Assembly (NCBI GenBank): GCA_949840915.1
Contig: CATKXY010000011.1
Location: 39,192 to 103,191, forward strand
Length of the DNA: 64,000 bases
Source: an uncultured Lachnospiraceae bacterium
GTDB lineage: Bacteria > Bacillota > Clostridia > Lachnospirales > Lachnospiraceae
Reading direction: 5' to 3'
A program made the position numbers and the translations under genes. Of the stretch, positions 1-9,413 are shown in pieces. A model generated the notes under the pieces. It saw only the letters and a list, made by a program, of their open reading frames with translations, ran no database searches and had not been told where the DNA came from. The first letter of the stretch is position 1; each line of letters begins with the position of its first letter.

Positions 1-39
1 ATTGATTGAAAATCCCTTTTTCATGGCAAACTCCTCTTT

Positions 40-552
40 CTATGATTGTTCTTCCTCTTGTATATCCTCAAGTATCTCTAAATCCTCTTGCTTCACCAGC
101 TTCTCCGGATCTATCAGCAGCTTCACGGAATCGCCCATGCGGGCCAGTCCGTAAACATATTTATGCTGATCGTTTTCCTTTCGTCCGAAGGACGGCGGCG
201 GCACTATGTCCTCCTCAGTGATCGTGACTACCTCCGCTATCTTTTCCACGATCAATCCGATAACCATGGATTTGACATTAATAACGATAATACAAGTTCT
301 GTCTGTATACTCCAAAGGTGACATTCTGAACCTTACCCTGACATCTATCACAGGAATGATTTTGCCTCGAAGATTGATAAGACCTTTGATATAATCATCC
401 ACTTCAGGCACGGCCGTAATGGGCTGCATCATGATAATCTCATTGATGTAGCTGATACTGATGCCAAAGAACTCTTTTCCCGTCTGGAAGGTCATAAACT
501 GTCCTTTTTGAGTATCCTCTTCCAACAGTTCTTCTTTGATTTCTTCTGCCAT
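40..552 (-). CDS. cheW: Chemotaxis coupling protein CheW
   Basis: Motifs ITAVPEVDDYIKGLINLRGKIIPVID and IGLIVEKI; abuts cheA. Confidence 0.95.
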   Translation of the reverse strand: MAEEIKEELLEEDTQKGQFMTFQTGKEFFGISISYINEIIMMQPITAVPEVDDYIKGLINLRGKIIPVIDVRVRFRMSPLEYTDRTCIIVINVKSMVIGLIVEKIAEVVTITEEDIVPPPSFGRKENDQHKYVYGLARMGDSVKLLIDPEKLVKQEDLEILEDIQEEEQS

Positions 553-2685
553 CTACTGACTCCTTTCCTTATTTTCCATCAAGCCGGAAATATCCAGTAT
601 CAGGGCAATGCTTCCGTCTCCGAGCTGTGTACAGCCGGATAATCCTTTGACCTTCCTGATATAAGAAGGTATCGGCTTGACCACAATCTCCTGTTCTCTC
701 AGCAGTCTGTCAATCAGCACGCATACCTGACTGCCTTCATGCTCCAGAACGACAACAATGCCGTCGCTCACGGTGGACGTTGCATCTTCCAGATCATATT
801 TATCCTTCAACCGGATGAAAGGATAGCATTCGCCCCGCAGGACAATATACTCCTCTCCGCTTGGTTCCTGTACAATGGCATCCTCAGTGACTCTCACAAA
901 TTCCTTGACAGACGCCGTCTCCATCACAAAGGAGGAGTTTCCTACCTGCACCACGATACCGTTGATGATCGCCAGCGTCAGCGGTATCACAAGCGTCATC
1001 TCTGAGCCCTGACCCTCTGTGCTGTCTATATCCAGTCTGCCGCCGATGGTTTGAATGTTCTTTACCACCACATCCATGCCCACGCCTCGACCGGAATACT
1101 CCGTGACCACCTCCTTGGTGGAAAATCCGGGAAGGGTGATAAATCTGTATATCTCCTTGTCCGTAAAATCGGTGATAGCCTTATCTCCGATGAGACCGTT
1201 AGAAAGCGCTTTATTGTAAAGCTTTTCTCTGTTGAGTCCCTTGCCGTCATCCCGCACGCTGATATATACCTTGCCTCCCTCGTTCTTGGCCTCCAAGGTA
1301 ATCTTACCCTTCGCAGGCTTTCCGAGCTTGGTTCTGTCCTCAGCATCCTCCTCGATACCGTGATCCACGGAATTTCTCACAAGATGCATCAGCGGGTCGG
1401 AAATATGTTCAATGATATTTTTGTCAACCTCAGTGTTCTCGCCGATCACTTCCAGCTCAATATCCTTGCCCAGCTTCTTTGAGACGTCAAACACGATTCT
1501 CTTCATCTTCTGGAATACGCTGGTCAAGGGCATCATACGCAGGGACATAATAATCTCCTGCAGCTCCGTGGTGATCTTGGAGAGCTGCCCGGCTGCTTTC
1601 TGGAAATTAGCCAGTTCCAGCCCGGGTACATTGAGATCGGGGTTCTGCAGTACTACAGCCTCGGAAATGACCAGCTCGCCGATGAGATCCATCAGCGCAT
1701 CCATCTTCTCCACGTTTACGCTGATGATACTCTGCTGCTTGGGCTGGTTCTTCGCCAGGGTCTTGCCCTTGCCGGTCTCCTTGGACTTGACCACATAATC
1801 GCCGGGCATGGGCGCCTTGGGCTCTTCCTTCTTCTCCGGCACCGGTTCTCCGTCCAGATTGATCACAACCGGAGGCGCCTCCGCATGACCAAGCTCCACC
1901 AGTCCTTTTCCGTACTGCTCCGCATTAATCTGTTCGATATCAATAGTCTCGGCCTCCGAGCTGTCTATAAGCTCCCGGATCTCATCCTCCGTTATCTTGG
2001 TCTGGAGCAGCATATAGAAGCCCTCCGCAAGAATCACGTCCGAGCTGGCTTCATTGGAAATGATATCTTCCGGCGTATACAGCAGATCCTCCGCCACTTC
2101 CTTGAGCGCATAGGTAGCAGAATAAGCGCGCAGATTGCTCATCTGCGTATCATTTCTGTAGTGGATCACAACGCGGTAGAATTTACTCTCCTCGCTGGCC
2201 ACCGGAGCGATATAAAACTGACTGGGCTCCTCATGCTTCTGCTTTTTGGGAAGCCGGATGCCCTGATCCTTGATCTCCCCTTTCAGCCGGTTCAGGAAAT
2301 CATCCAGATCCGCCAGAAGCTCAGTCTCTTCCCCGTCTGCCTTCTCGCCGTCCTTGATCTTGGCCAGCTCCCCCGAGATGAAATCCGATACGGCCAGCAC
2401 CTTATCCACCAGCTCCAAATGAGGTACATTTTCCGGCCTGGATTCTCTCAGATAATAGAACACATCCTCCAGTCTGTGGGCGACCTTGGTAATATTTTCA
2501 TACATCATGATCCCCGATGAACCCTTGATCGTATGCATGACGCGGAAGATTTCGTTGATATCAGAATCGTCAAAAGATTCTGCATCCTGTTTGTCTAATA
2601 GGATGCCCTCAAGCTTTTCAAGGAGCTGAGTGCTCTCGTACAAAAACATGTCAAGCATCCCGTCTGTGTTAAATTCCTCTGCCAT
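553..2685 (-). CDS. cheA: Chemotaxis histidine kinase CheA
   Basis: P1 FRVMHTIKGSS, dimerization LMDLIGELVI, HLVRNSVDHGIE, SGRGVGMDVV, C-terminal CheW-like domain. Confidence 0.97.
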   Translation of the reverse strand: MAEEFNTDGMLDMFLYESTQLLEKLEGILLDKQDAESFDDSDINEIFRVMHTIKGSSGIMMYENITKVAHRLEDVFYYLRESRPENVPHLELVDKVLAVSDFISGELAKIKDGEKADGEETELLADLDDFLNRLKGEIKDQGIRLPKKQKHEEPSQFYIAPVASEESKFYRVVIHYRNDTQMSNLRAYSATYALKEVAEDLLYTPEDIISNEASSDVILAEGFYMLLQTKITEDEIRELIDSSEAETIDIEQINAEQYGKGLVELGHAEAPPVVINLDGEPVPEKKEEPKAPMPGDYVVKSKETGKGKTLAKNQPKQQSIISVNVEKMDALMDLIGELVISEAVVLQNPDLNVPGLELANFQKAAGQLSKITTELQEIIMSLRMMPLTSVFQKMKRIVFDVSKKLGKDIELEVIGENTEVDKNIIEHISDPLMHLVRNSVDHGIEEDAEDRTKLGKPAKGKITLEAKNEGGKVYISVRDDGKGLNREKLYNKALSNGLIGDKAITDFTDKEIYRFITLPGFSTKEVVTEYSGRGVGMDVVVKNIQTIGGRLDIDSTEGQGSEMTLVIPLTLAIINGIVVQVGNSSFVMETASVKEFVRVTEDAIVQEPSGEEYIVLRGECYPFIRLKDKYDLEDATSTVSDGIVVVLEHEGSQVCVLIDRLLREQEIVVKPIPSYIRKVKGLSGCTQLGDGSIALILDISGLMENKERSQ

Positions 2686-2725
2686 ACTTCCTCCATTCCT
2701 CAGTATTTTGCTGTCTGGCTGCCCA

Positions 2726-3118
2726 TTAGATCAAGCCCAGCTTTTTCAATACTATCTCAAATTTTTCAACATCGACGGGTTTGCCCGAGTAAGCCTCGCA
2801 CCCCAGCTCAAAAGCCATTTTAACATTGCGTTCCTCGTTCAGCGCAGTAGTCATGATCACTTTGACGCGCTGCTCCTTGGGAATTTTGCGCTGCGCCTCG
2901 ATGTCTCTGATGGCTTTGAGTACCTGATAGCCGTCCAAAACCGGCATCATCACATCCAGACAAATCAAGTCATAAGGCTCGTTGTCCTCCAGCGCCATCA
3001 TAAAAGCGTCCACCGCTTCCTCGCCGTCCACTGTCACATCACATTCTCCATAACGTGACAGGTAGTTATCCATAAACTTACGGCTGGCAAAATCGTCCTC
3101 TGCCAATAATATCTTCAT
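2726..3118 (-). CDS. Single-domain response regulator (CheY-like)
   Basis: Receiver motifs AEDD, LDVMMP, TT, KP; lies inside the che operon. Confidence 0.85.
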   Translation of the reverse strand: MKILLAEDDFASRKFMDNYLSRYGECDVTVDGEEAVDAFMMALEDNEPYDLICLDVMMPVLDGYQVLKAIRDIEAQRKIPKEQRVKVIMTTALNEERNVKMAFELGCEAYSGKPVDVEKFEIVLKKLGLI

Positions 3119-3147
3119 ATCGGCCGTGCCCCCTTTCTGTTATCTAT

Positions 3148-4173
3148 CTATGCTTTTAACAGGCCATATACCTTTCCTGCTATTGCCGTCAACGCCAGCT
3201 GATGCTGAACTGCGCCGTTATCATATGCAACCTTCGGCATCCCGTAGACCACACAGGTCGCCTCATTCTGCCCGATAGTCTGTGCCCCGGCCTTGCGCAT
3301 CTCCAAAAGGCCCTTGGCTCCGTCCGCGCCCATACCGGTCAGGATGACGCCGATCGCTTTATTGCCCGCAGCCTTCGCCACGGAGTCAAACAGCACATCC
3401 ACGGAGGGACAATGTCCGCTCACCTTCTCCACGCCTGCACACTCCACCTGGTAGCCGTCCCCTACCTTGATCACACGCATCTGCCGGTCTCCGGGAGCCA
3501 GCAGGATCTGACCCGGCAGAACCTTATCGCCGGTCTGCGCTTCCTTTGCAGCTACCGCGCACTGGTTGTTAAGTCTGTCGGCATACATCTTGGTGAACCC
3601 GGGCGGCATGTGCTGCACGATGACCACTCCCGGAATATCTCTCTTAAACTGTTTAACAACCTCAAAGATCGCCTCGGTTCCCCCTGTGGAAGCTCCGATC
3701 GCGATAATCCGTCCGTCCTGCTTTCCCAGGGCGCCGGCCATGGAATTGACCTCCACACGCTTGAGGCTTCCCAGCTTGGCCGTGGAAGCGATCTTTACCT
3801 TCGTCACAAGCTCCTGCTTCATGAAATTCCCAAGCTGTACCCTGTCCATATTCGAAGGCTTGTTCACAAAATCCACGGCGCCCGCCTCCAGCGCATCGAA
3901 CACCGATGCGTCCAGCGAGCTGATCATCACTACGGGAATGGGATATTGAGGCATCAGTTTTCTCAAAAACTCAATGCCGTTCATCCGCGGCATCTCCACA
4001 TCCAAGGTCATCACATCCGGCTTATACTTGATGATTGCATCTCTGGCCTGATACGGGTCGGAAGCCTGAGCCACCACTTCAATGTTCGGATCGGACTCCA
4101 GACTCTGCACCAGCATGTTGCGAAACATAAGGGAATCATCTACAACAAGCACTCTGATTGGCCTCATATTCAT
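3148..4173 (-). CDS. cheB: Chemotaxis methylesterase CheB
   Basis: Receiver domain plus GASTGG, VQHMP, ILTGMGADGA. Confidence 0.97.
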   Translation of the reverse strand: MNMRPIRVLVVDDSLMFRNMLVQSLESDPNIEVVAQASDPYQARDAIIKYKPDVMTLDVEMPRMNGIEFLRKLMPQYPIPVVMISSLDASVFDALEAGAVDFVNKPSNMDRVQLGNFMKQELVTKVKIASTAKLGSLKRVEVNSMAGALGKQDGRIIAIGASTGGTEAIFEVVKQFKRDIPGVVIVQHMPPGFTKMYADRLNNQCAVAAKEAQTGDKVLPGQILLAPGDRQMRVIKVGDGYQVECAGVEKVSGHCPSVDVLFDSVAKAAGNKAIGVILTGMGADGAKGLLEMRKAGAQTIGQNEATCVVYGMPKVAYDNGAVQHQLALTAIAGKVYGLLKA

Positions 4174-4982
4174 CTCACCTGCTTTCTATAGATTGATGGC
4201 TGTACATAATCAAAATGGATCCGGTTACGGTTAAGCCCCTCTGTAGTCCCGATAAACAGATAGCCCCCCGGCTCCATAAAATCATAAACCTTCTGTAACA
4301 GATTATACTTGGTATCGTCCTCAAAGTAAATCATAACATTCCGCAGAAAAACTACATGAAATTTCCTGCGGAAGGGAAAAGGATTCATCAGATTGAACTG
4401 CCTGTAGATCACTTCATTTCTCAGCTCCTCCGTGGCCTGATACTGCTCCGCGCCGACAGCCTTGAAATAATGCTGCTTCCACTTGGCAGGCAGCGGTTCG
4501 ATCTGCTCCTTCAGATAAACGCCCTTGGCCGCGTGCTCCAGCACTCTGGTCGAGATATCTGTGGCCAGGATCTTGGTATCCCAGGACTTGTGCTCCATGC
4601 CAAAATAGTCCATGAGCAGCATCGCAAGCGTATAAGGCTCCTCCCCCGTGGAGGAGGCTGCGGACCATATCCGCAAATCCTTCTTGGCGGACTCCTTTGC
4701 TTTTAACTGGGGCAGCACCACCTGTTTCATAAAATCAAAATGCTCGCTCTCGCGCATAAAATAGGTATGATTCGTGGTCAGGACATTGATGAGGTTCTTC
4801 GCTTCCTCTCCCCCGGGATGCTCCTCCACCTTCGCCATATAGTCGCTGTAGCCGGAATATCCGTTTCTAACCAGATAATTCTCAAGCCTGCCCACGATCA
4901 GGGTCTTTTTCTGACTGAGATCAATTCCATAATTTTTCTTTACATATTGGACAATACGATTAAATTCACTATCCGTTATCAT
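4170..4982 (-). CDS. cheR: Chemotaxis methyltransferase CheR
   Basis: TTNHTYFMRE, WSAASSTGEEPY, ATDIS, RNVMIYF. Confidence 0.97.
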   Translation of the reverse strand: MITDSEFNRIVQYVKKNYGIDLSQKKTLIVGRLENYLVRNGYSGYSDYMAKVEEHPGGEEAKNLINVLTTNHTYFMRESEHFDFMKQVVLPQLKAKESAKKDLRIWSAASSTGEEPYTLAMLLMDYFGMEHKSWDTKILATDISTRVLEHAAKGVYLKEQIEPLPAKWKQHYFKAVGAEQYQATEELRNEVIYRQFNLMNPFPFRRKFHVVFLRNVMIYFEDDTKYNLLQKVYDFMEPGGYLFIGTTEGLNRNRIHFDYVQPSIYRKQVR

Positions 4983-5008
4983 ATCGTGCCTCCTGCAGCT
5001 GACTTAAA

Positions 5009-6106
5009 TTACGTCCATTTGATTTGCTTTTGTATTTTATGAAAAACATCTACTATATCCGGGTCATAGACGGTTCCGCTTCCGTCATCCAGGATCTTTG
5101 CGGCCGCCTCCGCACAGGGCAAATCTGCGCCGCCGTTCCCCGGTCTTTCAAAATCTCTGACCAGCGCGGTAATCCGTGCTTCCACAGGAATCGCTTTGCC
5201 CTTTACGGGGGGATAACCCGTGCCGTCCCACCTTGCATACTGATACTTTGCAATGTTCAGCGCCATATTCAGCAGAGTGCCGTTATGATGTTCAATGCCT
5301 ATCTCCTGCAGAATCCGTGCACCCTCCACGGAACGCTGCTCCATATACGGCGCAGCCCGCTCGCGCGATTCCTCATCTCCTGAACCGGTATGGCCGGAAT
5401 CTACCAGGCTTCCTATGTCATAAAGCTTTGCAGCCGTCTCGATTCCCTCTATAAATTCATCGGTGATCTCATCTCCGTACTCAGGCAAAAACTGAAGCGC
5501 CTGCGCAAACATCCTGCAGTTGTATCCCACATTATTGAGATGCCGCTCCATCCCGGCATCCCGCCTCTTAAGAATTCCGGCCAGAGCGTGCAGAACATTG
5601 ACCTGTCCCTGCTCCAGCTCCTTTTTCTGCTCCTCCACCAGCGCATGCATCATCCGATTGTAATCCGCCATCTTCTGCTGCATCTGATAACTGCTCAGCT
5701 GATTGCGCACCCGCATGATGACCTCCACCGCCTCAAAGGGCTTCGGTATGTAGTCCACAGCGCCCGCGTTGAAAGCCCGCTCTTTTTCTTCACCGCTGTT
5801 GAGGACCGTGATGAAAACAAACGGAATATCTCTGGTCTTCGGATTGCTCTTGAGCATCCTGCAAAATTCCAACCCGTCTATCCCGGGCATGGACAGATCA
5901 GACAATATCAAAGAAGGCTTCGTCTTCCTGATCAGCCCCAGCGCATCCTGCACATTCAGAGCACACAGAGTCTCATATCCCTCCCCGGAGAGCATATTGT
6001 CCAGAATCTCCACATTCATATCAATGTCGTCCACGATCAGAATCTTAGGTTTTTCTTTGTTAGAGCTTGAATTATTAGAGTTTGAATTCGCATACCCGTT
6101 TTGCAT
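5009..6106 (-). CDS. Response regulator with a degenerate HD-GYP domain (RpfG-like architecture)
   Basis: Receiver (IVDD, SDLSMP, KP) followed by WDGTGYP...IPVEARI; metal-ligand motifs altered (LYDIG, YQYA). Confidence 0.85.
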   Translation of the reverse strand: MQNGYANSNSNNSSSNKEKPKILIVDDIDMNVEILDNMLSGEGYETLCALNVQDALGLIRKTKPSLILSDLSMPGIDGLEFCRMLKSNPKTRDIPFVFITVLNSGEEKERAFNAGAVDYIPKPFEAVEVIMRVRNQLSSYQMQQKMADYNRMMHALVEEQKKELEQGQVNVLHALAGILKRRDAGMERHLNNVGYNCRMFAQALQFLPEYGDEITDEFIEGIETAAKLYDIGSLVDSGHTGSGDEESRERAAPYMEQRSVEGARILQEIGIEHHNGTLLNMALNIAKYQYARWDGTGYPPVKGKAIPVEARITALVRDFERPGNGGADLPCAEAAAKILDDGSGTVYDPDIVDVFHKIQKQIKWT

Positions 6107-6133
6107 ACTCTGTCCCCATCCGCATCCTGCTGC

Positions 6134-7567
6134 TCACAGTTCTCCGATTCGCTCCGAGAGCGCTGCCTTCAGATTTTCATACATGGCCATGCTCTTGTCA
6201 TGATTGCACTTTCTGATTGCCATCTCCATGCGCAGCACCTGTTTCTTGATATCGTCATCACCTTTCTCAACCAGCGCCTTGACTGTGGAAGCCAGCATCT
6301 CCGCCTTATCCCACGCCCCCATCTCTATGGACAGCACAAGCTTATCCATGCGCTTCTTCAATTCGGCCCGGTTCTCCTGCTCCCCAAACTGCAGAATTCC
6401 GGCATCTTCTGTATTCTCTTTATTTGTATACTCGGACCAGTCTACATATACCTCGTTTTGATTTTCATCCGCCTGCTGATCAGTCCGAAGCTTCACGGAA
6501 AAGGAGAACGTGCTGCCCTTTCCCTTCTCGCTCTCCAGATGAACGTCGCCATGCATCAGTTCCACCAGCTGCTTGGTGATGGCGAGACCCAGACCCGTTC
6601 CCCCGAACCGTCTGGTGATAGATGCATCCACCTGGCTGAAGCTCTGGAACAGCTTATCCTGCTCCTGGGGCGAAATCCCGATGCCGCTGTCCTTCACCAT
6701 GAAAAACAGCTCCACTTCATCGCCTGCCTGCATGGTCTTGCCCGCTACCACACTGACAGATCCCGCCATGGTAAACTTCACGGCATTGGAGAGGAGATTA
6801 TTAAGAATCTGAACCAGCCTGAGCTCATCTCCTATCAAAAGCCGGGGAATCCTCTCGTCAATGTCCACGCTCAGCCGCAGCTCCTTCTTGTGAATCTCCG
6901 CAGTGTGGGTGGCGATCACCCGGTCCATCATCTTATAAAAATCAAATTCCTTTTCCTCGATGGTAAATTTACCCGTCTCCAGCTTGGAGAAATCAAGGAT
7001 ATTATTGATGATCGCCGACATATTGTCACAGCAGTACAAAATAATATCCAGAGTCCTGCGCAGTCCCTCATCCTGCACTTCGTTTAAAAGTGTAGTGACA
7101 TGACCTTTTATGCCGTTTACCGGCGTCCGAAGCTCATGGGTGACATTGGCGGTAAACTCATTTCTTCTCCTGAGATTCTCCTGTCCTTCCTCCCGAAGCT
7201 CCCGCATCCGCAGATTCATATCCCTGAGTACCGTGACATCCTCTGCAAGAAGAACATACGCGCCTGCCCGGGCGGCGGGAAGAATATGTACATCCGCGGG
7301 GAAGCAGGAACTGTTCTTCCGATACATGGCAATATCTCCCCGGCCCTCGACCCTGCTTCTGTCAAAGACATCGGAAGATTCTCCTGCCCTGGAAAAAACC
7401 TGTCGGAAAATCTGTGTCATGTTGCATTCCGTCAATTCGTCCCTCTCGTATTCCAGTTTCTCCAGAGCCGCCTGATTGCCGAAGAGGATTTGCCCTCTCT
7501 CATCAAAAACCAGAACAAGCTCCGACAGACCGTCCACGATCCGGGAATCTAACCATTCAAGCTCCAT
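6134..7567 (-). CDS. Cytoplasmic PAS sensor histidine kinase with a C-terminal HPt-like helical domain
   Basis: PAS N-terminus, H-box THELRTP, NLLSNAVKFT, DSGIG, GGTGLGL; start chosen at the ATG after a GGAGGGAG RBS. Confidence 0.9.
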   Translation of the reverse strand: MELEWLDSRIVDGLSELVLVFDERGQILFGNQAALEKLEYERDELTECNMTQIFRQVFSRAGESSDVFDRSRVEGRGDIAMYRKNSSCFPADVHILPAARAGAYVLLAEDVTVLRDMNLRMRELREEGQENLRRRNEFTANVTHELRTPVNGIKGHVTTLLNEVQDEGLRRTLDIILYCCDNMSAIINNILDFSKLETGKFTIEEKEFDFYKMMDRVIATHTAEIHKKELRLSVDIDERIPRLLIGDELRLVQILNNLLSNAVKFTMAGSVSVVAGKTMQAGDEVELFFMVKDSGIGISPQEQDKLFQSFSQVDASITRRFGGTGLGLAITKQLVELMHGDVHLESEKGKGSTFSFSVKLRTDQQADENQNEVYVDWSEYTNKENTEDAGILQFGEQENRAELKKRMDKLVLSIEMGAWDKAEMLASTVKALVEKGDDDIKKQVLRMEMAIRKCNHDKSMAMYENLKAALSERIGEL

Positions 7568-7682
7568 AACTCCCTCCTGCACCTACATATACAATTTTAT
7601 TATTTATTTCCCCTTTTTTCAAGCTCTTTTTTGAAATAACGGCACGCACAGAATATTTACATGGTTTTTGAGAACTCCTCTG

Positions 7683-7711
7683 TTGTTTTTGCTCTGTGCA
7701 TATGCTATAAT
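7683..7711 (+). promoter_or_regulatory. Sigma-A promoter with extended -10 for the small ORF
   Basis: TTGTTT-17bp-TATAAT with TG just upstream (TGcTATAAT). Confidence 0.5.
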
Positions 7712-7764
7712 TTCAGAAAATAAGCACATAAATAATAAGCAAAACAACAAAGGAGATTCTCGAT

Positions 7765-7875
7765 ATGTCTATTATTTTATCTGGTGGTTTATTGATTATT
7801 ATCTTCGCCGTTATCATCGCGGTAGTCGCTTCCGTCGTCTCCGCCGTTGCGGCCGACCAGGATGTGGAAGATTAA
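7765..7875 (+). CDS. Small single-pass membrane protein, 36 aa (not in the ORF track)
   Basis: AAGGAG RBS 9 nt before ATG; MSIILSGGLLIIIFAVIIAVVASVVSAVAADQDVED; hydrophobic helix plus acidic tail. Confidence 0.7.
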   Translation: MSIILSGGLLIIIFAVIIAVVASVVSAVAADQDVED

Positions 7876-7892
7876 GCTCTCCGCTCTTCTCT

Positions 7893-9377
7893 TCAGGCGA
7901 AAGGATTTTCCGTGGGATACATCATGCCCTCAGGCTGATTGAAATTCAGATCCTCCACGGGAACACCCACATACTTGAACACTTCATACAGGGCTTTTCC
8001 GTAATGGCCGAAAGCCACCGCACCGTGATGGGGATAATTCTTCTCGATCAGCACATGGCGGTAAAACCGTCCCATCTGCGGGATCGCGAACACGCCGATA
8101 CTGCCGAAGGACTCTGTCGCCACGGGAAGCACCTCACCCTGTGCGATATAGGCGCGCAGCTTACTATCCGCGGTGGACTGTAAGCGGTAGAAGGTGATGT
8201 CGCCGGGAGCGATGTCGCCCTCCAATGTGCCCTGAGTCACTTCCTCCGGCAGAGTTCTCGCCATGATCATCTGATATTTCATATTGCAGAAGGAGAGCTT
8301 CTTGGAACAGGTATTTCCACAGTGGAAGCCCATGAAAGTATCCTTGTGCGTATAGTCAAATTTCCCCTTGATGGATTCCTCGTACATATCGTCGGGCACG
8401 GAATTATTGATGTCAAGAAGCGTCACCGCATCCTGGCTCACACACGCGCCGATAAACTCGCTGAGGCACCCATAGATATCAACCTCGCAGGACACCGGGA
8501 TCCCCATGCCCGTGAGACGGCTGTTGACATAGCAGGGCACGAAGCCGAACTGCGTCTGGAAAGCCGGCCAGCACTTGCCTGCGATAGCCACATACTTACG
8601 GTAGCCCCTGTGAGCCTCCACCCAGTCTAAGAGCGTCAGCTCGTACTGAGCAAGCTTGGGCAGCACCTGAGGCTTGAGATTGCCTGCGCCCAGCTCCTCC
8701 TCCATCTCTTTTATCTTCGCGGGAATTCTCTCGTCTCCCTCATGCCTGTTAAAAGCTTCAAACAGATCCAGCTCCGAGTTCTCCTCAATCTCCACACCCA
8801 GATTATAGAGCTGCTTGATGGGTGCATTACATGCCAGGAAATTCAAAGGCCTGGGGCCGAATGATATGATCTTTAAGCCTGCCAGTCCGATGATGGCCCT
8901 TGCAACAGGCATGAATTCATGGAGCATATCCGCACACTCGGCCGCTGTTCCCACAGGATATTCCGGGATATACGCTTTCACATTGCGCAGCTTCAGATTA
9001 TAGCTGGCATTGAGCATACCGCAGTAGGCGTCGCCTCTGCCTCCTACCAGATCCTTACGGCTCTCCTCCGCCGCGGCGATAAACATAACCGGCCCGTCGA
9101 AATGCTTTGCCAGCAGTGTCTCTGATATCTCAGGGCCAAAATTTCCCAGATATACGCACAGGGCATTACATCCGGCGTTCCGGATGTCCTCAAGAGCCTG
9201 CACCATATGTATCTCGCTCTCCACGATACACACAGGACATTCGTAGACTTCCTCGCTGCCGTACTTTTCCGTGTAGGCTGCCATCAGCGCCCTGCGGCGG
9301 TTCACGGAAAGACTCTCGGGGAAACAGTCGCGGCTCACAGCCACGACGCCGACCTTGACTTGGGGTAAATTGTTCAT
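7893..9377 (-). CDS. L-fucose/L-arabinose isomerase family protein, probably the clostridial alternative xylose isomerase
   Basis: YLGNFGPE, RGDAYCG, PVSCEVD, FHCGNT, HHGAV motifs; directly downstream of xylB. Confidence 0.8.
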   Translation of the reverse strand: MNNLPQVKVGVVAVSRDCFPESLSVNRRRALMAAYTEKYGSEEVYECPVCIVESEIHMVQALEDIRNAGCNALCVYLGNFGPEISETLLAKHFDGPVMFIAAAEESRKDLVGGRGDAYCGMLNASYNLKLRNVKAYIPEYPVGTAAECADMLHEFMPVARAIIGLAGLKIISFGPRPLNFLACNAPIKQLYNLGVEIEENSELDLFEAFNRHEGDERIPAKIKEMEEELGAGNLKPQVLPKLAQYELTLLDWVEAHRGYRKYVAIAGKCWPAFQTQFGFVPCYVNSRLTGMGIPVSCEVDIYGCLSEFIGACVSQDAVTLLDINNSVPDDMYEESIKGKFDYTHKDTFMGFHCGNTCSKKLSFCNMKYQMIMARTLPEEVTQGTLEGDIAPGDITFYRLQSTADSKLRAYIAQGEVLPVATESFGSIGVFAIPQMGRFYRHVLIEKNYPHHGAVAFGHYGKALYEVFKYVGVPVEDLNFNQPEGMMYPTENPFA

Positions 9378-9413
9378 AATGCATTCCTCCTATATTTTAT
9401 ATATTACTACATC

